Source: Candidatus Xenobia bacterium
Lineage (GTDB): Bacteria; Vulcanimicrobiota; Xenobia; Xenobiales; QWHO01
Assembly: GCA_045863235.1 (NCBI GenBank)
Contig: BTUM01000001.1
Span: 64,001 to 128,000 of the forward strand
Length of the DNA: 64,000 nucleotides
Direction of reading: 5' to 3'
The position numbers were made by a program, and so were the translations under genes. Below are positions 31,838 to 40,585 of this stretch, one piece after another. The notes beneath the pieces were generated by a model. That model had not been told where the DNA came from, ran no database searches, and saw nothing but the letters and a program-made list of their open reading frames with translations. Numbering within the stretch: position 1 is the first letter of the stretch; each line of letters starts with the position of its first letter.

Positions 31838-33881
31838 CGGTCAGCCTCACCTCGGCCGTTGCTGGATCGAGTTCGAGTCCAAGCACCGTCCGGCCGAGCT
31901 CGGGATGGCGCAGCAGAAGCTCGGCCAGGGGGCGAACGATCAGAGTCTCCACGGCTCGCTGCAGGGGACGCGCCCCGTAACGATGGTCATAGCCTTGCCG
32001 GGTCAACAGCTCCAGGACCTCAGGCGAGGGTTCCAGCCGGATTTCCCGTTGCTCCAGCCCCGTCAGCCCCGCCTGGCGAAGGCTCTCGGCTCCCAGGTTG
32101 CTGGTCATGACCAGCACTGCGCTGCGAAACCAGGTGGGGCGCCCGAAGGCATCGGTCAGACAGCCCTCGTCCATCACTCGCAGCAGGACGTCAAAGACCT
32201 CGGGATGGGCCTTCTCGATTTCGTCCAGCAGCACCACCGAGAAGGGCTGTCGGCGCAGCTCGCGCACCAGCCGGGAAGGCTGGCCCGACAGGTGGCCCAG
32301 CAGGCGCTCGGCTGCCTGGCTGCCCGCGTACTCGCTCATGTCCAGGCGCACCAACCGGTCTTCCCCGGAGGCTCCGAAGAAGGTTCGGGCCAGGGTACGG
32401 GCCAGCTCGGTCTTGCCCACCCCGGTCGGGCCGCAGAAGAGCAAGACTCCCAGAGGACGCTCAGGGTCGTTCATGGAGGCTTTGAAGGTGGTGACCAGGT
32501 CGGCCGCCACCCGGCAGGCGGCCGGTTGGCCCACCACCTGAGACTCGAGATCGGCCAGCACAGCATCGGCCCCCAGCGGCAGATCGTCACGCAGGAAGAC
32601 CTCGGGCAGCCCTGTGCGCTGGCTGAAGTGGCGCAGCACCGCGGCCCGATCCACCCGGGGGTTGTTCTCGGCCAGCTCGCGCATGAAGGTCGCTCCGGCG
32701 CCCGGAAAGGCTCGGTAGGGAGCAAAGCGAGCGAAGACCCGGTAAACCTCATGCTCCACTCCCGGGTCGAAAGCCACCCGGGTCTGTTGTTCGAGCAAGC
32801 CGGCCACCTGCTGCAGCACTTCAATGGCCTCCGAGGTATTGAAGGCTGGCACCGGGAGCACCTGAAACAGGTCCACCAGCCCCGGCAGCAGCCGGCGGCA
32901 CGCCTCCAGCTCCTCGGGACTGGCTTCGGCAACCAGTTGGAGCTCGCCGCGCTCGAGGTAGGGGGCCAGGAAGGCGGCGACGCTGCTGGTGGGCTGAGCT
33001 CCGCCGACACGCACCAGCTCGAGCAAGTTCTCCACGCACAAAACCCCCTGGCAGCGGGTCAGATCGACGATCAATGCCTCGCAGCGCTCCTCCCACTGGC
33101 CCAGGTAGCTCATTCCGGCTACCATGCGCCCGGCCGAGGTAAGCCAGAGCGAGAGCTTGCGGCGGCGGCGAGCAGCTTCCAGCACTACGGCTGTCTTGCC
33201 CGCTCCCGAGGGGCCCACCAGCAGCACGCTGGCTTGCTGGTCGCTCAGGCGCTGGTCCAATTCGTCCACCACGGTCTCCCGGCCGTAGGCCCGCGAAACG
33301 CGGTTCTTGAAGCTGGTGGGTCCGAGGCGGTCGGCCACGGCCTCCAGGGCCTGGCTGCCCGGTTCAGGGGTTTTGGGCGCGGTCCGGCGGACCCGAACCC
33401 CGATCCGGGCCAGCTCGACCCGAGGCGGGGGAACGTGGCTCAGCAGCTGGCCGGGCGTCTGGCCTGCCAGCCGGTCTTGCACATAGTGCTGGACCAACTC
33501 TTTCAGGTCGCGCCCTTCCTGGTAGAGAAATTGGAGCTCCAGAGTGGGAAGTATGGCCATCCACAGGCCGCTTTCGTGGGGGCCGGTGAGACACGGGAAG
33601 CGGAACTCGAGTGGGGGCTCGACCGGGAAGACGCGGCCCTCCAGCTGGTATTCGGCCCTCAGTTTGACTGCCACGCTGATCACGCTGAGCTGGTCGAGCT
33701 CCGGGCCGGGCAGCCAGGGCTGGCTGCGGTGCAGGAAGGTCAGGTAGTCCTGCAACTCGTTCAGGGCTTCAGCCAGGGTGGCCCGCACGGCCACCACCCC
33801 GGGCTCTTCAGCCAGCACTGCCGTGACCATCCCGCTCGGATGGGTCCAGGTGGCGGCCGGATAGTGGTAGACGTGGGCCAT
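31830..33881 (-). CDS. Clp/Hsp100-type double AAA+ ATPase with atypical N-terminus and an internal deletion in NBD2
   Basis: GPSGAGKT, GPTGVGKTE, RLDMSEY, LLDEIEKAHP, YGARPLQR. Confidence 0.85.
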   Translation of the reverse strand: MAHVYHYPAATWTHPSGMVTAVLAEEPGVVAVRATLAEALNELQDYLTFLHRSQPWLPGPELDQLSVISVAVKLRAEYQLEGRVFPVEPPLEFRFPCLTGPHESGLWMAILPTLELQFLYQEGRDLKELVQHYVQDRLAGQTPGQLLSHVPPPRVELARIGVRVRRTAPKTPEPGSQALEAVADRLGPTSFKNRVSRAYGRETVVDELDQRLSDQQASVLLVGPSGAGKTAVVLEAARRRRKLSLWLTSAGRMVAGMSYLGQWEERCEALIVDLTRCQGVLCVENLLELVRVGGAQPTSSVAAFLAPYLERGELQLVAEASPEELEACRRLLPGLVDLFQVLPVPAFNTSEAIEVLQQVAGLLEQQTRVAFDPGVEHEVYRVFARFAPYRAFPGAGATFMRELAENNPRVDRAAVLRHFSQRTGLPEVFLRDDLPLGADAVLADLESQVVGQPAACRVAADLVTTFKASMNDPERPLGVLLFCGPTGVGKTELARTLARTFFGASGEDRLVRLDMSEYAGSQAAERLLGHLSGQPSRLVRELRRQPFSVVLLDEIEKAHPEVFDVLLRVMDEGCLTDAFGRPTWFRSAVLVMTSNLGAESLRQAGLTGLEQREIRLEPSPEVLELLTRQGYDHRYGARPLQRAVETLIVRPLAELLLRHPELGRTVLGLELDPATAEVRLTGG

Positions 33882-36841
33882 CAGGTCAACTCCAGCGGCA
33901 GTCCGGCCAGCCAGAAATGCCTCCAGGCATCCAAGCCCGGGGAGCCCGGATGGAACAGACCGGTGGCCATGTCAAGAACTCCGGAGGAGGAATAGAGGCG
34001 CACCACGCGGGCCGAGGAACCGACGCGCGTGGGAGCGATCCCCTCGGGCCCGACGAACAGGTGCAGCCCCGGCTCTCCCTCCAAAAGAGGGGTGTTGCCC
34101 ACCTCCAGCCGCCCGGGGCCCAGGCGGCGCACCTCTTCGAGCTGGAGGTAGATCTTTTCCAGCATGTCCGCCCGGGGCCCGGTCAGCTCGAGATGGGTGG
34201 TCTGGCGAGGGCGCCCCACCTGGGCGATCAGCGCGGCGGTGGCGCGTCGGTCGCGCTCCAGAGCGAGTTGTTCACGTTCCTTGAGGGGAGGCAGGCTTTG
34301 ATTCAGCTCCTCCAGGGCCGTCAACAGGTCGCTGCGGCGCCACAGACTCTCCACCTCCTCCTGGCTCAGCTCGGCCATGGGAGGCAGCTTGCGCTTGCCC
34401 GGGCGGCGAAGCTTGGCCTCCAGCGCCCGCTGGAGATCCTGCAACTCGAAGTAGAGCAAAGCCTGCTCGTCCAGGTCCTCCTGGGAAACCCGGCCGGCCG
34501 GCCCGAGGCTGGCCAGACGGGCTCTGGTGGCCTCCAGGAGGGGCTCCAGCGAGCCGGTTGGCTGACGCCGGGGAGCCACCAGAGTGAGGGCCTCCACCTC
34601 GATCTCCAGCTCGGGGCCGAGCCGCACGGATGTCGGGAGGTCGGGCGGCATTCCGGCCAGCCGGCGAGCCACCGGAGCGGCTACCTCGCGCTCGAGACTC
34701 CGTTTGAGGGCACGCGCCCCCAGGCGGGGGTCGAAACCCATATCCACAATGCGCTCGCGAGCCAGGGGATGGACCTCGAGCAGGCACTGGCGGCGCACCA
34801 GTCCGTCGCGGTTGAGCAATCGTTGCAGCAGTCGCTCGGACAGCCGCGCCAGGTCGGCTCGCTCCAGATGATCGAAGGCGATGACCTGGTCGATGCGATT
34901 GAACAGCTCGGGAGGAAAATAATCGCGCACGGCTTTGAGGTAGGTCAACTCCTCCTGCTCGGCCTGGTTGCGCAGCCCCAGACTCCGCGAGACCTCGCGA
35001 GCCCCCAGGTTGGAGGTCATGATCAGGATGGCCTGGGTGAAATCGGCCGTGCGTCCGAGGGCGTCGGTGAGCCGCCCGTCTCCCAGGATCTGGAGCAGCA
35101 GGTTGAGAGCGTCGGGATGGGCCTTCTCGACCTCGTCCAGGAGGACGACCGAGAAGGGTTGTCGGCGCAGGGCTGCCGTCAGGAGGCCGTCCGGATGACC
35201 GCCGCTCCCCACCAGTCGGGCCACCGAGTCATGGCCGACGAACTCATTCATGTCAAAGCGCACCAGCCGGTCCTCGTGGCCGTACAGAGTGGCGGCCAGG
35301 GCTCGGGCGCACTCGGTTTTCCCCACCCCGGTCGGTCCCACGAAGAGGAGGCCGGCCACCGGTCGGCGCGGGTCGGTCAGACGAGCCTTGAAGACCGAGA
35401 TGGTGTCGGCCAGCGCATCCAGGGCCCGCGGTTGGCCGACGACGCGCTCGCCCAGCCAGGCACGAGCCTGGGAGCGGGTCAGTCGGGTGCCGGTGTCCAG
35501 GAGGGCCAGCGAGAGCCCACTGCGTTGGGAGAACTGCTCCAGCACCTGCTGGCGGTCAATCGTCTGGCCGCGGAAGCGCGCCCCGAGCTGGCGTGCCATT
35601 CGGGCGGCCTTACCCGGTCGGGCTGCGTCGGTGAGGTAGCGGGTGCTCAGCTCCTCGACCTCCAGAACGGCTCGAGAGGTGAAGATGCAGCGCTGGGTCT
35701 CTTCGGTCTTGCGCACGGTCTCCAGCAGCACCCGCATGGCGGTGCGCGGGGCCATCTCATCCAGACGCACGACCTCGAAACGGTCGGCCAGGGCTCGGTC
35801 TTTCTCCTGAAGCACGGCCAGGGCCTCGGGAGTGAGCTCGGCCAGCAGCCTGAGCTCCTGGCGCTCGAGGAAGGACTTGAGCACCTCCGAGGCGGGCATC
35901 TGGGCATCGCGCGAGAGGCCCGCCGTCAGCCAGGCGAGCAGGTCGTCGAGCACCAGCACCACATTTTTCTCGCGTACGTAGCGGAGAATCTTGATCAGCC
36001 GGCTCTCCCACTGGCCCAGGTAGCTCATCCCCGAGATCAGGCGTTGGGGAGAAAGCTGCCAGTAGCGAGAGCGGCGCCGATTATCGCGGCGAATCTGCTC
36101 ATGAATCAAGGTGGTCTTGCCCACCAGGCGGGGGCCGACCACCACCACGGCCGCCCGTTGGGGTCGGCTCAGCAGTGTTTCCAGGCGCTCGAGCTCAGGA
36201 CCGCGTTCCAGGCAGCGCTCCAGGTCGTCTGGAGTCCAGCTCAGACAGCGCCCTACCTTAGCCAGCTCTTCGCGCCCGCTGGCCAGGTCCCGTCCCCCCA
36301 GGAGGGCCATCAGGCCAGGTTTCTTCGGCCGCGGCGAGGCGCCCGGGGGGTCGAGCTGGAGCTCCAGGACCTCGATCCAGGCTCGCTCGAGCACCGAGAG
36401 GACTTCGGGCTGGAGATCCTGGTTGGGCTTGCGGCGCAAGAATTGGCGCAGCACCTCGGTGGTGCGCGCGGCCAGGTCCTGACCGCGCTCGACTTCGAAC
36501 CACTCCTCCGGCAGCGAAGGGCTGAAGGCCAGGCGCCGGCCCAGAGCGCGGAAGGTGACCACCAGCAGGCGAACCCTGGCGGTCCGTTTCTTGTGCTCGA
36601 AGCGCAGCTCGAGCAGATTCTGGTCGAGCTCGGGACAATAGCTGTAACGGGCCAGCTCTTCATTGCGGTCCAGGCGGCTGAGGGCGTCGAGGTGGCTGCG
36701 CAGGCTCTGAATCAACCGGGAGCGGGCCTGATGCAGGAGCCTGGAGTGCTCCTCGGGGCGAGCGAAAAAGAGAGGACGAACACGGTACTCCGGCTGTTTG
36801 CCGCCCTGGCCCTGAATGTAGAGGGGAATTTCAAAACGCAA
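33881..36841 (-). CDS. Clp/Hsp100-type double AAA+ ATPase with atypical N- and C-terminal extensions
   Basis: GPRLVGKT, GPTGVGKTE, RFDMNE, LLDEVEKAHP, FPPELFNRID, GARALKR. Confidence 0.88.
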   Translation of the reverse strand: MRFEIPLYIQGQGGKQPEYRVRPLFFARPEEHSRLLHQARSRLIQSLRSHLDALSRLDRNEELARYSYCPELDQNLLELRFEHKKRTARVRLLVVTFRALGRRLAFSPSLPEEWFEVERGQDLAARTTEVLRQFLRRKPNQDLQPEVLSVLERAWIEVLELQLDPPGASPRPKKPGLMALLGGRDLASGREELAKVGRCLSWTPDDLERCLERGPELERLETLLSRPQRAAVVVVGPRLVGKTTLIHEQIRRDNRRRSRYWQLSPQRLISGMSYLGQWESRLIKILRYVREKNVVLVLDDLLAWLTAGLSRDAQMPASEVLKSFLERQELRLLAELTPEALAVLQEKDRALADRFEVVRLDEMAPRTAMRVLLETVRKTEETQRCIFTSRAVLEVEELSTRYLTDAARPGKAARMARQLGARFRGQTIDRQQVLEQFSQRSGLSLALLDTGTRLTRSQARAWLGERVVGQPRALDALADTISVFKARLTDPRRPVAGLLFVGPTGVGKTECARALAATLYGHEDRLVRFDMNEFVGHDSVARLVGSGGHPDGLLTAALRRQPFSVVLLDEVEKAHPDALNLLLQILGDGRLTDALGRTADFTQAILIMTSNLGAREVSRSLGLRNQAEQEELTYLKAVRDYFPPELFNRIDQVIAFDHLERADLARLSERLLQRLLNRDGLVRRQCLLEVHPLARERIVDMGFDPRLGARALKRSLEREVAAPVARRLAGMPPDLPTSVRLGPELEIEVEALTLVAPRRQPTGSLEPLLEATRARLASLGPAGRVSQEDLDEQALLYFELQDLQRALEAKLRRPGKRKLPPMAELSQEEVESLWRRSDLLTALEELNQSLPPLKEREQLALERDRRATAALIAQVGRPRQTTHLELTGPRADMLEKIYLQLEEVRRLGPGRLEVGNTPLLEGEPGLHLFVGPEGIAPTRVGSSARVVRLYSSSGVLDMATGLFHPGSPGLDAWRHFWLAGLPLELT

Positions 36842-36847
36842 GGTGGG

Positions 36848-39682
36848 TCAGCGCCAGTCTCCCATGAGAGTAAAGGGGGCCCAGTAGAAGGGATGGGCGT
36901 AACGTGGCTGCTCGAGCAGGCTCACCTGAGCCTGGCGCAGGGCCTGCCCCCGGCCCTGCCCGGCCTTGAGTCCTTGATAGAAGGTCAGCATCAACTCCCG
37001 AGTGGGCTGGTCGGCCACCTTCCACAGGCTGGCCACCAGGGTTGGGCTGCCCGCGTAGCTGAAGGCATCGGCCAGGCTGGCCAGCTCCGTGCCCACCCCC
37101 GGGCTCTTCTCGGCCAGGGCGGTGGAGCAGGCCGACAGGGTGACCACCCGGACCCCTTCCAGGTCGAGCCCGGCGATCTCACTGACAGTGAGCCGGTCGG
37201 AGCTCTTGCTGGTGGCCGCCACCAGGAGATAGCTCTGAAGCGGGTCACGGGTGTTCAGGATGCCGTGGGTGGCCAGGTGCACGTAGCCCGTTCCGGGGCT
37301 CAGACTTTGGAGGCGCTCGGAGGTTGCTTCCGGGCCCACCCAGACCTTGCTCTCGGGGAACAGCTCTTGCAGGCTGACCAGTTCCTGGCGTGCGGCCTTC
37401 AGGCTGCCATCGGGATCGCCCAGGGCGAGCAGGGACCCGCCCCCTTCACCAGGAGCCTGGTGCAATTGATCCAGGTCGCTGGCCTTGACCAGGGTCACCA
37501 CCTCCATGCTCTGGATCAGGTAGCCCTGGCCGTAGGGCAGGGCCTGGAAGGGAAAGTAGCTGAGGGTCCCGGTGGGCACGAAGGCCACCACTTTCTTGCC
37601 CTTCAGGTCCTCGGCCAGAGGGTCGAGAAAGGAGCTCGAGAGAGACTTGAGGCAGGCCGTCAGAATCGGGTCGTCTTCCAGTTTGAAGGGCGTTTCACCA
37701 TCGGCGCTGCGCGAGAAGGCGCTAATCTGCTGGCGAAACTGGGAGACCAGGTTGGTCAGTTCTTCGCCCTTGACGTCCACTCGTCGCACCTTGAGGGCCT
37801 CGCGGGTGGCCACAAACAGGTAGAGGTGATTCTCCGAGGGGAACAGTTGCACCAGGAGGGTGCCCTCGGGGAGCGACTTTTGCACCTTGGAGAAGGTTTT
37901 GGGTCGAACCTGGAGGCGGCCGTAGGCCTGATCCTGGTCCTGGATCTCCTGGAGCACGCGGTAGTAGTCCTGCTTGGTGTCGGCCAGACGCGAAACGCCC
38001 GAGTTGGAGTAATTGAGGCTGGCGGCCTCCGTGGCCTGGAATCGGGTCTGGGCTTCGGTAGCCCGCAGCACAAGGGCCTCAGTCTCCTTCGAGCGCGGGG
38101 TCAGATCCTGCATGCCGAACTGGGAGGCAGAGTTGAGCTGGCGATAGCGGTCGAGCGTGTCGGCTGCCTCTTCCCCTCGTCCCGACTCGAGTTGCAGGCG
38201 GGTCAACAGCTCGTAGAGGTCGCGGGCGTCGCCGCGCAGGCGCTGGGCTGTTTCGGGGCCCCCGCCGACCTCGACGATGTAGGACTCCACCAGTCCTACC
38301 GCTTTCTCGAGCGTGGCGATGGCCTCAGGAGTCCGTTTCTGGTCGGCCAGCAGCCTCCCTTTGAGGGTCAGAGCGCGCACCAGCCCGGGTCGATAGCCGA
38401 TGCTCTCCAGGGAGGGCAGCATTCGCTGGAGCAGCAACTGAGCCTGCTCCAGCCAGCCCTGGGGACGGGTGGTGGTCAAAGTGGACAGGCGGTCGAAGTC
38501 GAGCTCGAGCCTGAGGGCCCGATTCTCGGAATACTCCATGGCTTGCGAGGCCACGGCCATCTGGCGTTGGATCTCGGCCAGCTGCTCGGGGTCGGCCTGG
38601 CCGTTCTCGAGCTCCTGCACGAGCTGGCGCACGATCAGCTGGTGTACGCGACCTTTGATGAAGGCCAGGTCACCCTTGAGGAAGGTGAATTCGGAGAGCA
38701 GGGGCAGGTTCTTCTTCAGGCCGTTCTCCATGGTGCTCAGCTCGTCGTACATCCCGTCGATCTGCCCGGCCAACAGGTAATACTGCTTGCGCACCTCGGG
38801 CCCGGCCTCGGGGCTGGCTCGGCTGAGCAGCTCCAGCCCGTTCATGCCCGATTCCATGACGGCCACCGGGCCTTGCAGGTTCAGCTCTCGCAGGAACTCC
38901 ACCGGCGGCTTGTCGGGCTGTTCGTACAGGAACGTCTTCTGCAACTGGTCCAGATCGGGCTCGAACCAGGAGATCGCGCTCTCCAGCCCGTTGACGGCCA
39001 GGGCGTTCTGCCACCAGAAAAGGACTGCCTCAGGCAACACTCGCGCCTCGATCAGGGAGTTGCGCAAGAAATCCGGGTCGACGACCAGCCCCCGCATGCT
39101 GCTCCAGGCTTGCTCGTGGGCGGCGTTCAGCTCGGCGCTCGAAGGGAGCTTGAGCCGGAAGCGTCGTTCGGCCTCCATGGTCTCGATCAAAAAGAGGGTC
39201 ACGCGACCGGTTGCGGTGCTGTTGGCCCGAGCCAGCTCCAGGGCTCGCGGCAAGTGCTCTTGCAGGACCCCGGGTCGGCCTGAGGTTCGGGCGGCCTGCA
39301 GCAAGATCAAGGTCAGGCTGAGCTCGCGGTCGGCTCGACCGGCTTTACGGGCTCGCTGGATGGCCCTGGGGGCGTCGGTCAAAACCCTGTCGAATCGACC
39401 CTGTCCCAGCGCCTCGATGAGCGGGGCCAGAGCCAGCTCGCCCCGCAGAAGATCCCACCCTTCGGGGACGCCAGTCCGGGCCAAGCGCTTCTCGTTGACG
39501 GCGATCAGCTGGTCGGCAGCCTGAAAGCTGCCCAGTCTCAGGCTGATGAAGGCCAGAGAGGTGAGCATCTCGCTCACTTCCAGAGGAGAGTGCTTGGCCT
39601 CCATTTCGTCCCAGGTGGCCTGGGCCCACCCGGGCGCCAGCAGGACCAGTGTCAGGGAGAGGCAGAGAACGACCTTGCGCAT
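36848..39682 (-). CDS. Secreted TPR/helical + CHAT (caspase-like) domain protein
   Basis: Signal peptide MRKVVLCLSLTLVLLAPGWAQA; HLATHG and LSAC catalytic dyad; ASLWKV; HPFYWAPF. Confidence 0.9.
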   Translation of the reverse strand: MRKVVLCLSLTLVLLAPGWAQATWDEMEAKHSPLEVSEMLTSLAFISLRLGSFQAADQLIAVNEKRLARTGVPEGWDLLRGELALAPLIEALGQGRFDRVLTDAPRAIQRARKAGRADRELSLTLILLQAARTSGRPGVLQEHLPRALELARANSTATGRVTLFLIETMEAERRFRLKLPSSAELNAAHEQAWSSMRGLVVDPDFLRNSLIEARVLPEAVLFWWQNALAVNGLESAISWFEPDLDQLQKTFLYEQPDKPPVEFLRELNLQGPVAVMESGMNGLELLSRASPEAGPEVRKQYYLLAGQIDGMYDELSTMENGLKKNLPLLSEFTFLKGDLAFIKGRVHQLIVRQLVQELENGQADPEQLAEIQRQMAVASQAMEYSENRALRLELDFDRLSTLTTTRPQGWLEQAQLLLQRMLPSLESIGYRPGLVRALTLKGRLLADQKRTPEAIATLEKAVGLVESYIVEVGGGPETAQRLRGDARDLYELLTRLQLESGRGEEAADTLDRYRQLNSASQFGMQDLTPRSKETEALVLRATEAQTRFQATEAASLNYSNSGVSRLADTKQDYYRVLQEIQDQDQAYGRLQVRPKTFSKVQKSLPEGTLLVQLFPSENHLYLFVATREALKVRRVDVKGEELTNLVSQFRQQISAFSRSADGETPFKLEDDPILTACLKSLSSSFLDPLAEDLKGKKVVAFVPTGTLSYFPFQALPYGQGYLIQSMEVVTLVKASDLDQLHQAPGEGGGSLLALGDPDGSLKAARQELVSLQELFPESKVWVGPEATSERLQSLSPGTGYVHLATHGILNTRDPLQSYLLVAATSKSSDRLTVSEIAGLDLEGVRVVTLSACSTALAEKSPGVGTELASLADAFSYAGSPTLVASLWKVADQPTRELMLTFYQGLKAGQGRGQALRQAQVSLLEQPRYAHPFYWAPFTLMGDWR

Positions 39683-39717
39683 GGGGCTGCATTCGCAAGC
39701 TCGGGGCGGCACTCCCC

Positions 39718-40164
39718 TCAGGGGCGATCTCGGGTTCCATCGGAGGCGGCTTTTGCTGACCCTCCGAACCGAAGGTTCGCCAGTGTCGCCGTATACAGAC
39801 AGGCCAGAGACACCAGGAAAGCTCCGCCCCAGAAGGAGATCGGAAGCAGATAGGCGGCGTTAGATCCATCCGTGACGATCAGGTAGACCCATTCGTCCAG
39901 CGCCAGCGACAATCCGCAGCCGAAGATCAGGCAGGCCAGGTCCGTGGTCCGGGATCGGTGGCTCCAGAGAATCAATGGCACGCCCCCGCTCACGACCAGC
40001 AGCAGCCCGGTGTAGAGGTGGTGGATGTTGTAGCCGGCCAGGTTGAAGTCGGCATCGGGCGAGATCCACATCATCACCCGGATGAAGGCGAAGGTGGAGA
40101 GCATGCTGGCCACCAAAAGTCTGGCTCGGTGAGGGGCTTGAGCTCCCCCGGCAGCAGAATCCAT
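39718..40164 (-). CDS. Small integral membrane protein
   Basis: Four hydrophobic segments, IHHLYTG and LDE motifs. Confidence 0.7.
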   Translation of the reverse strand: MDSAAGGAQAPHRARLLVASMLSTFAFIRVMMWISPDADFNLAGYNIHHLYTGLLLVVSGGVPLILWSHRSRTTDLACLIFGCGLSLALDEWVYLIVTDGSNAAYLLPISFWGGAFLVSLACLYTATLANLRFGGSAKAASDGTRDRP

Positions 40165-40201
40165 TGGAGCCAGGTTCGAGGACCAGCGGGCGCGGGCCTC
40201 T

Positions 40202-40585
40202 TCAGCTCCCCAGGGGGGCCCAGCGCAACAATTCGTTCTTGACCGGGTCGAGCGAGGCCGACTTTTGCACGTGGGAGTCCATGCCGGCGGCCAGACACTC
40301 GTCGCGATTGCACAGGCAGGTGTAGCCGATGATGGGCGTTCTTCGCGAGCCGTTCTCGAGAGCTCGAATGAGCAGGGTGGCTTCCAGGCCGTCCATGATG
40401 GGCATCTGGCAGTCCATCAGGACCGCGTCATAGCGCGATACCTGAAAGGCCGCCACGGCTTCCTGACCGTTGCTGGCTGTAACCACCGCGTAGCCCAGGG
40501 CGGTCAGGGCGCTCTGAAGCATTCGCCGGTTCATCGGTTGATCGTCCACCAGCAGAATGCAGGGAGGGGGCCCCTGGTTGTCCAT
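40202..40585 (-). CDS. Single-domain response regulator (receiver)
   Basis: ILLVDD, LMDCQMPIMDG, conserved T and K; AGGAG RBS. Confidence 0.9.
   Translation of the reverse strand: MDNQGPPPCILLVDDQPMNRRMLQSALTALGYAVVTASNGQEAVAAFQVSRYDAVLMDCQMPIMDGLEATLLIRALENGSRRTPIIGYTCLCNRDECLAAGMDSHVQKSASLDPVKNELLRWAPLGS

Noticed and set aside
31746..33995. 749-aa plus-strand ORF
   Set aside because: Shadow of the Clp-like ATPase on the minus strand.
33917..39283. 1788-aa plus-strand ORF
   Set aside because: Antisense shadow of the AAA and CHAT genes; no motifs; expected in high-GC DNA with biased codons.
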